Source: Candidatus Sumerlaeia bacterium (lineage in GTDB: Bacteria > Sumerlaeota > Sumerlaeia > SLMS01). Taken from it: a stretch of 64,000 nucleotides of DNA. A model generated the notes under the pieces. It worked only from the letters and a program-made list of their open reading frames with translations. It was not told where the DNA came from and searched no databases. Both the position numbers and the translations under genes were made by a program. Shown here in pieces: positions 47,601-57,800 of this stretch; position 1 is the first letter of the stretch, and every line of letters starts with the position of its first letter. The DNA lies in assembly GCA_038208905.1 (NCBI GenBank), contig JBBQYG010000001.1, forward strand, positions 21,727 through 85,726, given 5' to 3'.

Positions 47601-48868
47601 CGACTCTTGAGGGCACGCTGACATCCGCGGAAGGCGAGGTCGTCGCGCGGCGGGTGCTGAAGCTGGATATTCCCGCGTTCGAGACCGCGCACGCGACGAT
47701 GGAACTCGAAGTGCCGGGCCCCGGCGCGTACAAGTTTCGCGCGGAGATTCCCCACGAGAGCGGCGCGTGGGAAAGGCCCCGGATGCCATCGCGCATTGCC
47801 GGAGAGTTCCTTGTGGTTCCAGGCACCGAGAGGGGAATTCGCATCGCGCCCGCAACCTTTGCGCTTTCCGAGTCAACGGCGGGGCGCCAGGCCGCCCACC
47901 TCCAATTCACGATCTTCAACGAGGGAACGGAGCCCGCCTCCGCGCGCATGGAAGGCACGATCCGCCGCAACGGCGAGCCGGTGCATGAGTTTGCCAACGA
48001 CTATCGTCGCTACAACACGGGCCAAACGGCGCTCATCTCCCAGGAGCTCCCGCTGGGAATGGAATTCCCCGAGCCACTGGACGTGGAGGTTCGCCTGCGC
48101 CACCTGGGCGACGAAGGCCCCGGCGAGGAGTATGCACGCTGGGAGTGGCGTATCGACGCGGGCAGCCTTCCCGACATCGCCGTAGTCCCCGACTCGGTCC
48201 GGGTGTCGCCACTGCCGCAGGCCGATGGCCTGACGGTTTTCGTGGAGGCGATCGTCGAGAATCGCGGCGGCGCCACGAGCCCGCCGTTCAGTTGCGCGCT
48301 GTTCAAGGCCGAGGACATCGAGTTGAAGGAATCGCTCCGCAATGTGACTGGGCCCGATGCCGTGGCGGTGGAGCCGCTGGCCCCCGGCGAGCGCCGCGCG
48401 GTGCGCCTGCGCTGGGATCCTTCCAAGAACGCGGGGCGCTACGAGATCGCCCTCCGCACCGACTCGGGCCGCGTGGTGCCTGAACCCGACAAGGCCAACA
48501 ACCGGGTCACGATCCCTATGCAGGTCAGGACGAAGAGCCGCCTGTATATCGGAGACATCGCCATGAAGCCGGGCGCGACGCCCAATGAGTTCCTGTTGAG
48601 CGGGATCGTCGGAAACTCCGGCGAGACCGACGCCCGGCGCGTCGCGGTGTTCTTTTTCCGGTCCCCCGAGCAAAGCAACGCCACCCGCATCGGCGAGGTC
48701 CTGCTGGATCGAGTCCCCGCGGGCGGCACCGCGACGGCGACAATGAAGTGGGTGGTGGACCCGATGCGCGAGGACGTGACCAAGCTGAAGCCGAGCTTTG
48801 CCGCCGCGCTGAAGGGGAGCCTGATGCGCATTTCCTCCATCGCCGAGCCAGAGGCCGCCGCACCATGA
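44612..48868 (+). CDS. Peptidase C25 (gingipain/PorU-like) with C-terminal CARDB/Ig-like domains
   Basis: Signal peptide, 'DVETIYNAYSYG...AIRNFL', 'LIGD', 'ARISP', catalytic 'FFGHG' and 'FTCNN', 'GAIG', 'FLGDP'. CARDB-like 'PDIAV...VENRG...EPDKANN'. Confidence 0.85.
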   Translation: MSFNNCFYRVVASLLLVGALHGAAPAARVIFDGVPPEGILTRADRLMVTTTGTLVSRKVPPVKSQSDTYLFAVPEGPLELVVNRLQFRNTRTGELRDSLPGEPRHKAVFDAGKRQFKLDPFGQFRGVRAARLQISTARPFTDSGEQLEIAGYEAEVRWPEPGAPPASTDSAVAGGLYREMLDATLAYPPALEAFAAPDSASPHPGPTAWQPAAEGSPGMPWLRFAVKDDDLYRIDADWLRKAGVALGELTPGDIQIVREGVAVPGLALPDAKRPFADGGRLVFHASGSDSSETAEATYFLGRRPQPAPMAAMETAPPSNGDIREAVVYTRRHVAEQDNQFETRMGAFLSIREMDWLWGPLGVAKPLVTPFALPGLSDGGTTATVRLYYGEGPFPAGARLTAKIGGSQILDAEIKAATRDYEFAIPAGAVSREGNQLEFQLSAKAEPESKVLLDQIAFDYRSFPSADAGRLDFAFSPLATEVGGTTGLRAVGFSDFVLAVDVTDPAKPMLYSPEKSEGAVRIVGAMGPTTRILLRDRDAVMLAPDGRPAAATDLASRSQSADALIVYHNLFGKEATRLAESLREEGIGVKLIDVETIYNAYSYGDTSSTAIRNFLAVAVNEWAGRRPAAAILIGDSTSDGRGEARNGLPNHMPIPLMVSTQGQAKEFCSDSVYTWLRGEDQAADIILARISPSVPEEAAAIVANIVRYRAAQDTPQDWAGRVVTLVDSGEFRVPVEQAFRPGLFGGYENRFVHAEDFAWEDNYYLPEHLIRRVEDSKVSPLLTAEIENAFNEGAAVVSFFGHGAPNLWSNQRFWFGGGTPNSDIPRLRNGERMPLVTSFTCNNAVVDYPLEPWNICIAEDFMRHEGKGAIGCFMPSGPGFLASHRVMAEGFSNAMSRARVRSQGVLAELTRTYYQAKQNPDDHSRMFLFLGDPFLRLPPPTGPGGDYRRERDATLSAEGGAVVIRELNAQGTPEEKKLAGLRRWALTLENQLSVPAEATLEGTLTSAEGEVVARRVLKLDIPAFETAHATMELEVPGPGAYKFRAEIPHESGAWERPRMPSRIAGEFLVVPGTERGIRIAPATFALSESTAGRQAAHLQFTIFNEGTEPASARMEGTIRRNGEPVHEFANDYRRYNTGQTALISQELPLGMEFPEPLDVEVRLRHLGDEGPGEEYARWEWRIDAGSLPDIAVVPDSVRVSPLPQADGLTVFVEAIVENRGGATSPPFSCALFKAEDIELKESLRNVTGPDAVAVEPLAPGERRAVRLRWDPSKNAGRYEIALRTDSGRVVPEPDKANNRVTIPMQVRTKSRLYIGDIAMKPGATPNEFLLSGIVGNSGETDARRVAVFFFRSPEQSNATRIGEVLLDRVPAGGTATATMKWVVDPMREDVTKLKPSFAAALKGSLMRISSIAEPEAAAP

Positions 48869-50055
48869 CGCGGCGGGCGCTGTATCTGGCGCTGCTGATT
48901 GTCGCGTCTTGCGCGGTCGGATGCGCGTCGCTTGGCAAGCCTGCGGCTGGGTCGCAAGTTCGAGACCGGGGATTCCGCGCGAGGCCCGTGATCCTGTGGG
49001 TGGACGCGGCGGGCTGCCCCCGCGCGCTGGCCTCCGCGGAGGCCAGTCTGGCCCTCGCCGTCGCCGCGAGGCAGACCGGTGTAACCCACCTTGCCATCGA
49101 GGCGCGCGACGCACGGGGCCGCGACAGCCTCGATATGTATCGACACGTCCGTCTTGCCGCGGAGCAGACGGGACTCCGCCTCGCCGTCGTGCTGCCACTC
49201 TTCGTCGCAGGAAGCGATGCGCCGCGCGAGGCCCAATCCGAGGCCGCGCGGTGGACCGGCGAAGGCTGGGCCATCGATCCGATGGATGGAAAGGGCGGCG
49301 CGCCGGCGATGCTCTCCCCCGCCGTCCCCGCGAATCGCGCGAGAGAGATTGAGGCAATCGCGCGCATCGCCGCCGATCCCAAGGTGGATATCCTGCTGAT
49401 TACGGAACTTGGATTTCGCGATCCGCAAGCCGATGTCTCGCCCGCCGCGCGGCGAGCCTTCGAATCGTGGACGGGAACCACGATGCGTAGCTGGCCGGAG
49501 GCGGTCATGGGCACGGCGGCGCCCAGTTTTCCCTACGGGCCCCAAGGGCGCGGCCCGCTCTGGAATTCGTGGGTGTGGTGGCGCGCGGCGCTGCTGAGGG
49601 ACTTCCTCGCGGAGATCAAGGGCGCCTTGGTAACCAGCGCCACCCAGCCGCCGCCGACGCTGGCGATTGTGGTGGACGCGCCCTATCCCGCCCACCAGCG
49701 CGCGGGCCTCAACTGGGCCGCGGCGGGGACCAGCGCTACGGCAGACAATCCGTGGCTTCCAATGGACTATGACGCGACGGCGGCGGGACACCTGGCCGAC
49801 GCGGTGGTGCTGGGATTCTGGGAGCCGGGGCTTGCGACGGTGGCCGACGCCGAGGCGCGCGGGTTTGCGTGGTGGGCCTCGGTGGAGGGAGGCGGCGCGG
49901 CGGCGCGGCGCTATCGATCCGAGGGCACGGGCCTGTGGGCGGCGCTGGATCAGGACGGCACGATGTCGGAGGATCCCGCGCTATTGGTTGCGGCGAGGTC
50001 GCTCGATGGAGTGCTCATTCTATCGGCGTCGAAGATGTACCCGGAATTCCGCTGA
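48865..50055 (+). CDS. Lipoprotein of glycoside-hydrolase-like (GHL10/DUF4015-type) family, degenerate
   Basis: ATGA overlap with the C25 gene, lipobox 'AVGC', 'MLSPAVPANR' and 'WNSWVWWRAALLRDFL'. Confidence 0.55.
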   Translation: MTRRALYLALLIVASCAVGCASLGKPAAGSQVRDRGFRARPVILWVDAAGCPRALASAEASLALAVAARQTGVTHLAIEARDARGRDSLDMYRHVRLAAEQTGLRLAVVLPLFVAGSDAPREAQSEAARWTGEGWAIDPMDGKGGAPAMLSPAVPANRAREIEAIARIAADPKVDILLITELGFRDPQADVSPAARRAFESWTGTTMRSWPEAVMGTAAPSFPYGPQGRGPLWNSWVWWRAALLRDFLAEIKGALVTSATQPPPTLAIVVDAPYPAHQRAGLNWAAAGTSATADNPWLPMDYDATAAGHLADAVVLGFWEPGLATVADAEARGFAWWASVEGGGAAARRYRSEGTGLWAALDQDGTMSEDPALLVAARSLDGVLILSASKMYPEFR

Positions 50056-50068
50056 CCCCGCGACGCGA

Positions 50069-50377
50069 TTACTCGTCGTCGTGGATGTCATCCTCGTCGG
50101 GAGAGGACACTTGCAGGTCTTTCAAGTCCTTGCCAGACTTGAAGGTTACGACCTTGTGGGGGGGGATCGGATAGGAGACCTTGTTCTTGGGGTTCCTGCC
50201 AATGCGGGGCTTACGGACCTTCACCTGAAAGACGCCGAAATCGCGGATCTCGAGGCGCTCTTGGGTGGTGATGATTTCCTTCATGCTCTCGATGATGGAG
50301 TCGGCAAGGAATAGGGCATCCTTGTCCTTCATATAGAGGCTGGAGGCGAGTTTCTTTACGATGTCCGCCTTTACCAT
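50069..50377 (-). CDS. HU/IHF-family nucleoid DNA-binding protein
   Basis: 'MVKADIV...LEIRDFGVFQVKVRKPRIGRNPK...VTFKSGK' with an acidic tail. Confidence 0.92.
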   Translation of the reverse strand: MVKADIVKKLASSLYMKDKDALFLADSIIESMKEIITTQERLEIRDFGVFQVKVRKPRIGRNPKNKVSYPIPPHKVVTFKSGKDLKDLQVSSPDEDDIHDDE

Positions 50378-50478
50378 GGTGCTAGCCACGACCGCGCGAA
50401 GTTAATTTCTAAGTTCGATTCAAGCCTAGACACGGACCACGCCGCAAGTCGAAACGGGGCGCGGAAAGCCAAGATATT

Positions 50479-51942
50479 TTACAAAGAATTCCCGGATTGA
50501 GACAGCTCCCGATAGAGACTTTCGTAGCCCGCCGCCGATCGATCCCAGGAGAAATCCTGCTCCATGCCGTTGGCCATGAGCTTGCGCCAGGCCAATTTGC
50601 CGCCCGCGTAGGCGTCCAGTGCCTCACGCAGAGCCCCCACCATCGCGCCCGGGGTGTAGTCCTCGAAAAGGAACCCCGTCAGGGGGCTAACGCTGTCTGA
50701 TAGGCCGCCGGTCCGCCGAACAACGGGGACGGTTCCATAGCGCATCGAATACATCTGGGTGAGGCCACAGGGCTCGAAGGCGCTCGGCATCAGGAAGATG
50801 TCGCCCCCCGCAACGGCCTGGTGGGAGAGCGGCACATCATACCCGATCATCGAGGCGAATCGCCCCGGATGGGCGGCGCTGGCCTCCGCGATGGCGGTCT
50901 CGAACTCCTCGTCGCCGCTTCCCAGAATGAAAAACTGGGCATCGAGCGCGAGCAGCTCCGGCAGTGCTTCCTTTACGAGGTCGAAACCCTTGGCGGAAAT
51001 CATTCGGCTGATCATGACCACGAGGGGCATTCCCGGCTCGGGCCGGAGCCCGAGGCGCTTTTGCAGGGCCGCCTTGCACGCGGCCTTTCCGTCACCCGAG
51101 GGCGCCGAGTAGGACGCCGCGATATGTGCGTCGGCGGCGGGATTCCACTCCTCGATATCGATGCCGTTCAAGATTCCGTGCAGGTCCGCGGAGCGCGTCG
51201 CCAGCGTGCCGTCCATGCCCGCGCCGTGCTCTTCGCTCTGTATTTCTCGTGAGTAGGTGGGCGAGACGGCGACGAGCTTGCTGGAGAAAGCCAGGCCCGC
51301 CTTGAGGAACGACGCCATGCCGTAGAACTCCATGCCGTCCGGCGTGAAGGATTCCCACGGCAGACCGATGGAGGGGACCAGAAACTTGTCGAAATTCCCC
51401 TGATAGGCGAGGTTATGGATGGAAAACACCGTGCGCATCTCCGCGTAGAACGGATCTACGGAGACCTCCGGGTGGTGCTTGAGCAGCGCGGGAACCAGGC
51501 CCGTCTGCCAGTCGTTCAGGTGGATGATATCGGGCTGCCAATCGAGGCCCTTGAGCGTCCACAGGATCGCCATGTTGAAGAAGGCGAAGCGCACATCGTT
51601 GTCGATGAAGTCGCTATGCCCCTGGCCATAGAGGCCCTTTCGGCCAAAAAGCCCGGGCTCGTCGATGAAGTACACGGGCATATCGGTCTTGGGGAAGGAG
51701 CAGCGCAGGACCGAGCCGGTGAGGACCTCGCCGCCGTAGCTCACTTTCATCTCCGGCAGCAGGGGGAGCATCCGATAGCGCGACTGATCGATGTCCTGAT
51801 AGCGAGGCAGCATGATGCGGACATCGTGGCCGCGCTGGCGGAGAACCTTGGGGAGGGAGCCGACAACGTCGGCAAGGCCGCCGGTTTTGCAGAACGGGGC
51901 CGCCTCCGAGGCAGCGAATAGAATGCGGAGCGGGGTGGGCAT
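50479..51942 (-). CDS. glgA: Glycogen synthase (GT5)
   Basis: 'KTGGLADV', 'HLNDWQT', 'HNLAYQG' and 'FEPCGLTQMYSMRYGT'. Confidence 0.96.
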   Translation of the reverse strand: MPTPLRILFAASEAAPFCKTGGLADVVGSLPKVLRQRGHDVRIMLPRYQDIDQSRYRMLPLLPEMKVSYGGEVLTGSVLRCSFPKTDMPVYFIDEPGLFGRKGLYGQGHSDFIDNDVRFAFFNMAILWTLKGLDWQPDIIHLNDWQTGLVPALLKHHPEVSVDPFYAEMRTVFSIHNLAYQGNFDKFLVPSIGLPWESFTPDGMEFYGMASFLKAGLAFSSKLVAVSPTYSREIQSEEHGAGMDGTLATRSADLHGILNGIDIEEWNPAADAHIAASYSAPSGDGKAACKAALQKRLGLRPEPGMPLVVMISRMISAKGFDLVKEALPELLALDAQFFILGSGDEEFETAIAEASAAHPGRFASMIGYDVPLSHQAVAGGDIFLMPSAFEPCGLTQMYSMRYGTVPVVRRTGGLSDSVSPLTGFLFEDYTPGAMVGALREALDAYAGGKLAWRKLMANGMEQDFSWDRSAAGYESLYRELSQSGNSL

Positions 51943-52221
51943 TTGAGGTGGGCGAAGGGTGGATTGGGGTTTTGAATTCTAGGCTTCGGCCACGGTCCAA
52001 ATGGTCGTTCTGACACACGGGATGGGTCAAGACGCATTTCCGGGGCGGTCCGGTGTCAGCCCCGTGAGGGTGGCCTTTGGTGTCTCTAAGTCAAATGGAT
52101 TCAATCGAATGCGTCGCCACTTCGAAGGGGTTGGACTGGCTGGCAAACTACATTCCTTTTTTTGGCATATAAGCAGCTAATCAGTTATGGTGTATTCGCA
52201 ATTTGCTTGGAGACTTGGGCC

Positions 52222-52602
52222 ATGACGACAGGACTCGAAGAAGCACCGGGAGAGATGGCGGCGTCGATCGCCGGGTGGTTTCGCGCCTTGGCCGACGAGA
52301 CGCGAATACGGTTGATGATGCAGCTCAAGCATCATGGGGAGATGAGCGTGGGAGCCCTTGGCGCGGCGCTGGGGCTGAGCGGGCCGTCGGCCTCGAAGCA
52401 GCTCGCCATCCTGCGCACGGCCCGCATCGTTCGGACGCGGCGGGAGGGAACAACCGTGTACTACAGCATCCGCGACCAGTCGATCGTCCAAGTCTGCGAG
52501 ATCGTATGCGGCACGCTGATGGAGGACCACCGCCGGATACTGCGCGGGATCGAGAATGCGAGCCTTCAACCGAAGGCGGAAACTCAGGAGAAGATCACAT
52601 GA
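52222..52602 (+). CDS. ArsR/SmtB-family transcriptional regulator
   Basis: 'FRALADETRIRLM...SVGAL...SKQLAILR...RREGTTVYY' with a C-terminal 'VCEIVC'. Confidence 0.88.
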   Translation: MTTGLEEAPGEMAASIAGWFRALADETRIRLMMQLKHHGEMSVGALGAALGLSGPSASKQLAILRTARIVRTRREGTTVYYSIRDQSIVQVCEIVCGTLMEDHRRILRGIENASLQPKAETQEKIT

Positions 52603-54269
52603 CGAAACCGATGAAGCTGGTGGTTGTGGGGGGCGTGGCGGGCGGCATGAGTTGCGCTGCGCGGGCCCGGCGCCTGAGCGAGGCGAGCGACATCATCGTC
52701 CTGGAACGCGGGCCCTATCCGTCCTTCGCCAACTGCGGGCTCCCCTACTTCCTTGGGGGCACGATCACGGAGCGCAAGAAGCTGACAGGCCACACGGTGG
52801 ACCACCTGCGCCGGACAATGAACCTCGATGTGAGGACGATGAGCGAGGTGGTCTCCATCGACCGCGTCGGCAAGTCGGTGAAGATTCGCGATCTGGAGAG
52901 CGGGCGGGAGTACGAGGAAAGCTATGACGCGCTGCTGCTCGCCACCGGCTCCGCGCCGATTCGTCCACCGATTCCCGGGATTGACCGCGCGGGGATTTTT
53001 ACGCTGCGCAATGTGCCCGACATGGACCTGATCGACGCATGGATTCGCGATCACGGGGCGAAGCGCGCGGTGATCGGCGGGGGTGGCTACATCGGACTGG
53101 AGGTCGCCGAGCAACTCCGCGAGCGCGGGCTGGATGTCGCGCTGGCGGAGTTCGGGCCGCAGGTGATGGCGCCGCTGGATCCCGAAATGGCGGGACTTCT
53201 TCACGCCGAGCTGCGCGCCCATGGCGTCGAGCTCCACCTCTCCGATCCGTTGGCGGCGTTGGAGGACGGCGACGGCGACGGCATGACCGTGGTGCTAGGG
53301 AGCGGAACGCGCCTTGCCGCGGATATCGTGGTGATGGGCCTGGGCGTGAAGCCCGAGGTGGGCCTGGCGCGAGAGGCAGGACTGGAGATCGGCGAGCGGG
53401 GCGGCGTGCGCGTGGATCCGTCGCTGAGGACGTCGGACCCGGCGATTTTCGCCGTGGGTGACATGATCGAGGTCCGCGACCGGATCAGTGGGGCGTGGTC
53501 GTTGATTCCGCTGGCGGGCCCCGCGAACCGGCAGGGGCGCATCGCGGCGGATAATATGTATGGAGGTTCGTCCGTCTATGCGGCGACCCAAGGAACCGCG
53601 GTGCTCAAGCTGTTTTCGCTGACGGCGGGTTGCACCGGCGCCAACGAGAAATCCCTGCGCGCGGCGAAGCGCGACTATCGCGTGGTGCACCTGCATCCGA
53701 ACTCCCACGCGGGTTACTATCCGGGGGCCTCGCCCATCGCGCTAAAGCTGATCTACGAACCCTACACCGGAATGGTGCTGGGCGCGCAGGCCGTTGGAAA
53801 GGATGGCGTGGACAAGCGAATCGACGTGATCGCGACGGCCATCGCCGCGGGGATGTCGGTCGATGACTTGGCGGAGCTGGAGTTGAGCTATGCGCCCCCC
53901 TATGGCAGCGCCAAGGACCCCGTGAATCTGGCCGGCATGGTCGCCCAGAACGTGGAGAACGGCCTGGTTGCAATGGCGACGTGGGATCAGGTGGACGCGC
54001 TGGATCGCGGGACAATCGCCCTGCTGGACGTGCGCGAGCACGACGAGGTCGCCAAGGGAATCATCGAGGGTGCGATGCACATTCCCCTCGGCGAGTTGCG
54101 CGGCCGCCTGAGCGAGATCCCTCATGGTCGCGAAGTCGTGGTGTATTGCCAGTCGGGACAGAGGTCCTACAATGCGGCGCGCATCCTGGCGCAGAATGGC
54201 TTTCGCGTCCGCAATTTGTCGGGTGCCTACAAGACGTGGAAGGCCGCCCCAAGGGAGACAGAATCATGA
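52599..54269 (+). CDS. CoA-disulfide/persulfide reductase with fused rhodanese domain (CoADR-RHD/Npsr)
   Basis: 'VVGGVAGGMS', 'SFANCGLPY', 'GGGYIGLE', 'YAPPYG' and rhodanese 'YCQSGQRS'. Confidence 0.92.
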   Translation: MTKPMKLVVVGGVAGGMSCAARARRLSEASDIIVLERGPYPSFANCGLPYFLGGTITERKKLTGHTVDHLRRTMNLDVRTMSEVVSIDRVGKSVKIRDLESGREYEESYDALLLATGSAPIRPPIPGIDRAGIFTLRNVPDMDLIDAWIRDHGAKRAVIGGGGYIGLEVAEQLRERGLDVALAEFGPQVMAPLDPEMAGLLHAELRAHGVELHLSDPLAALEDGDGDGMTVVLGSGTRLAADIVVMGLGVKPEVGLAREAGLEIGERGGVRVDPSLRTSDPAIFAVGDMIEVRDRISGAWSLIPLAGPANRQGRIAADNMYGGSSVYAATQGTAVLKLFSLTAGCTGANEKSLRAAKRDYRVVHLHPNSHAGYYPGASPIALKLIYEPYTGMVLGAQAVGKDGVDKRIDVIATAIAAGMSVDDLAELELSYAPPYGSAKDPVNLAGMVAQNVENGLVAMATWDQVDALDRGTIALLDVREHDEVAKGIIEGAMHIPLGELRGRLSEIPHGREVVVYCQSGQRSYNAARILAQNGFRVRNLSGAYKTWKAAPRETES

Positions 54270-54787
54270 TCGCCACGATCACGCCCACGAGACTCTCGGA
54301 AATCCTTGGTGCGAGTCCCTCCGCCGAGGTGATCGATGTGAGGACGCCGATGGAGTTCAGGCAGGTTCACGCGACGATGGCGCGGTCGGTGCCGATCGAC
54401 CAGCTTGACGCGGCGGCGATTGCGCGCAGCCACGCGGGATCGGGAGCGCCCGTTTACCTTCTCTGCAAGTCGGGAGCCCGCGCACGCCAAGCGGCGGATC
54501 GCCTTGCCGCCGTCGGCATGAACAACGCCGTGGTGGTGGATGGAGGCACCGACGCCTGGGTGGCGGCGGGACTCCCCGTAGTTCGGGGAAAGAAGTCGGT
54601 ATCGCTCGAGCGACAAGTCCGCATGGCGGCTGGATCACTGGTGCTGGCGGGATCGGTGCTGGCGCTGACGGTGCATCCGGCGTTTGCGGGAGTTTCCGCG
54701 TTCGTCGGCGCGGGACTCGTCTTTGCCGGAGTCACAGACTGGTGCGGGATGGGACTGTTGCTGGCCAAAATGCCGTGGAATCGCTAG
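54266..54787 (+). CDS. Membrane rhodanese with DUF2892 (YgaP-like)
   Basis: 'IDVRTPMEF', 'LCKSGARA' and 'SLERQVR...WCGMGLLLAKMPWN'. Confidence 0.9.
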   Translation: MIATITPTRLSEILGASPSAEVIDVRTPMEFRQVHATMARSVPIDQLDAAAIARSHAGSGAPVYLLCKSGARARQAADRLAAVGMNNAVVVDGGTDAWVAAGLPVVRGKKSVSLERQVRMAAGSLVLAGSVLALTVHPAFAGVSAFVGAGLVFAGVTDWCGMGLLLAKMPWNR

Positions 54788-54872
54788 CCCTTCCAGAAAG
54801 TTATCGACCCGGGTGGAACGGGCGGGGCGTATAACCTCATCCTTATCAGTTCAGCAGCCAAGGAGAGGCACA

Positions 54873-57800
54873 TTGCGCCCCGCAAATTCCATCTGGTCCC
54901 GCCTTGTCATTCTGCTTTCCGCCATGCTGGCGCTGGCCTTCACGCAATCCGCCGGGGCGGACGACGCGCGGGCAAAGCAGCTTCTGGAATCCCACATCAA
55001 GGCGGTGCAGGACGCCGTTACGAAGTACGACCAATGGGAATCGCTCTTCCCGCCGGGGACGCGAATCCTGGAAGTGAAGAGCGCCGACGGGCGCGTGGCG
55101 CTGGCCTTCAACATGAGCCTTGGCTTCCGCCTTTGGACGGCAGAGTCGAAGGCCGAGCTGGAGACGGCACTCCGCAAGGCGGCGGAGGGCGAGATTTCCG
55201 CCGATGCTCCGCTGGATATCACGCTGCGCTACGACGCGGGGCGCGGTGCCGAGATATCCTATCCCTTCGACGATCACATCATTTCGCCAGAGCGTATCCG
55301 CGCCCTCTCGGCCGAGCGCAGCATCCCGCGCCCGGCCCTCGCGGCGCCGGTCATCGCGCGCCTGGACTACGCGGGGCCGGAGCGCACCGGCGGCCTGGGC
55401 GGAAAGCACCTGGTCATGGGACCGAGCCACGGGTGGACGTGGCACAAGGAAAACCGCTGGCAGTGGCAGCGCGCCCGCGTCTATACAATCGTCGAGGACC
55501 TGTTTCCCCAATCCTACGTGAACCCCTTTCTGATCCCCATGCTGGAGAACGCGGGCGGCACCGTGTGGAGCGTTCGCGAGCGGGACTACCAGACCGCCGA
55601 GGTGATCGTGGACAACGACGGCACCACGGAACTCTCTGCGTTGGAAACCGCGGGGAAGTGGTTCGACTCGCCAGTGCGCGGATGGCGCGGCGGAAGGCCC
55701 GCGATGCTGGATCAGAAGACTCTCCCCTTCACGCTGGGCACCACGCTGAGGGCGGAGGTATGCGCCGTGGACGATCCCTCTTCGGCGACCGCTGTCTATA
55801 CGCCGTATATACCGCGCGCCGGGCGCTATGGCGTCTATGCCTCCTGGGCGATGGCGGCGGACAACAGTCCATCGGTCCCGGTGACGGTCAGGCACCTTGC
55901 CGGCGAGACGCGCTTTCGCGTGAACCAGCAAACGGCGGGCAATACGTGGGTATGGCTGGGTGCCTTCGAGTTCGCCCAGGGGGCGGATGTCGAGAAGGGG
56001 AGTGTCCTCGTGCAGGCCGGTGGCGCGACAGTCTCAAGCTCGGCGATGTCGGCGGGGAATCCCTCCTATGTGACCATCGACGCAATCCGTTTTGGCGGGG
56101 GGATGGGGAACATCGCGCCCGCGGACATGATCAGCGGCAAGCCCCGCTATGCGGAGGGCTCGAACACGTTCCTGCAGTACGCGGGCGCCCCCGCGGCGGA
56201 GGTCTATGACCGCCCCGCCACGCCCGGGCACTTTGGCGGGGACTACAACAAGGACATCACGGCGCGCTCCGAGTGGGCCAACTATCTCCACGGCTCCCCC
56301 AACGGCCCCAATCCCACGGGGCGCGGCGACGCGCGCAATCACCCGGGACTGGGCATTCCGGTGGATATGTTTCTCGCATGGCATACCGACGCGGGATTCG
56401 ACGAGAAGGGACTGATCGGAACCCTCTCGCTCTGGCGGCTCTTCGACGACAGCGGCAACGAGCGCTTTCCCGACGGGCGGTCGCGGATGCTCAACCGCGA
56501 CTTGACGGGACTCATGCATGCCGAGATCATCCGTACGGCCCGCGCGCAGTATAGCTCCACCTGGGTGGTGCGCGCGCTGCAACAGCGCAACCTCGGCGAG
56601 ATCCGCCGCCCCAATGTTCCCTCCGCCCTGCTGGAGGTGATCTCCCATCACAACTTCAACGACATGAAGTACGGAAACGATCCGCGTTTCAAGCGCGACA
56701 TGGCGCGCGCGGTATACAAGGCGATCCTGCGATTCCTTTGCGCGGCGGACGGCACCGAGCCCATTGTGCAGCCGCTGGCGCCGTCGCACTTGTCGGCAAT
56801 GGCGGGCGCGGACGGCTCCGTCGCGCTCGCGTGGCGGGCGGTGGATGATCCTCTGGAGCCGACGGCCAAGCCCACGGGCTATATTGTCTACACAAGCCGC
56901 GACGGTGTGTCCTTCGACAATGGACGCGCCGCGGAGAGCGCGACATTCCGCGCCGAGGGCATCCCCTCCGGCGAGACGCGATACTTCCGCGTGACCGCCG
57001 CCAATGCGGGGGGCGAATCGCTCCCATCGCGCCTGGTCGGCGCGCGAGCCGTGGCGGGAAAAGAGCCGATACTGATCGTGGATGGTTTCGACCGCATCTC
57101 CGGCCCAGCCATCGTACACGAGGAGCGCGCGCATGGATTCGACCGCAAGCTGGACCCGGGCGTTGGCTACAACTACAACTACGGGCTCGTCGGCGACCAG
57201 TACGACTTCGATCCGAAGTCCGCGTGGGTGAACGATCTTGAGTCCCCAGGCATGGGCGCCAGCCTCCACGATCACGAGGATCGCCTGGAGCTAGGCAATA
57301 TGTTCAACCACATCGCCGCGCACGGGGACGCGCTGGATCCGAAGGTACCCTTCGATTCCATGACGGCCGACGCCTTTGCGGCGGGCGCCCCGACAACGCA
57401 CCGCGTGATCGACTGGATCGCGGGGCGCCAGCGCGTGGTGATGCCGTATCGCGGCGCCGTGGACAATGGCGCGCCGGACCGGATGCGGCCAGAGTTTCAG
57501 GTTCTGACGGAGCCGATGCGCGACCGCCTGAGGAAGCACGTTGCGGCGGGCGGGCGGCTGCTCATCTCCGGCGCACACATCGTTGAGGATCTCTCCAGCA
57601 GCCAAGTCGCCGACGAGGCAAGCAGCGATTTTGCGCGCGAAGTCCTGGGCGTTGGCTTCTACAAGGACCGCGCCACGAGCACCAATGGCGCAATGGCGGC
57701 GGAGGCAGGGAAGGGCCCCTTTGCAGAGGTGGATACCTTCCGGTTTGGCCGCGATCTGGAATCGCCCATCAACATTCTCGCCTCCGTCTATCCGGTCGTG

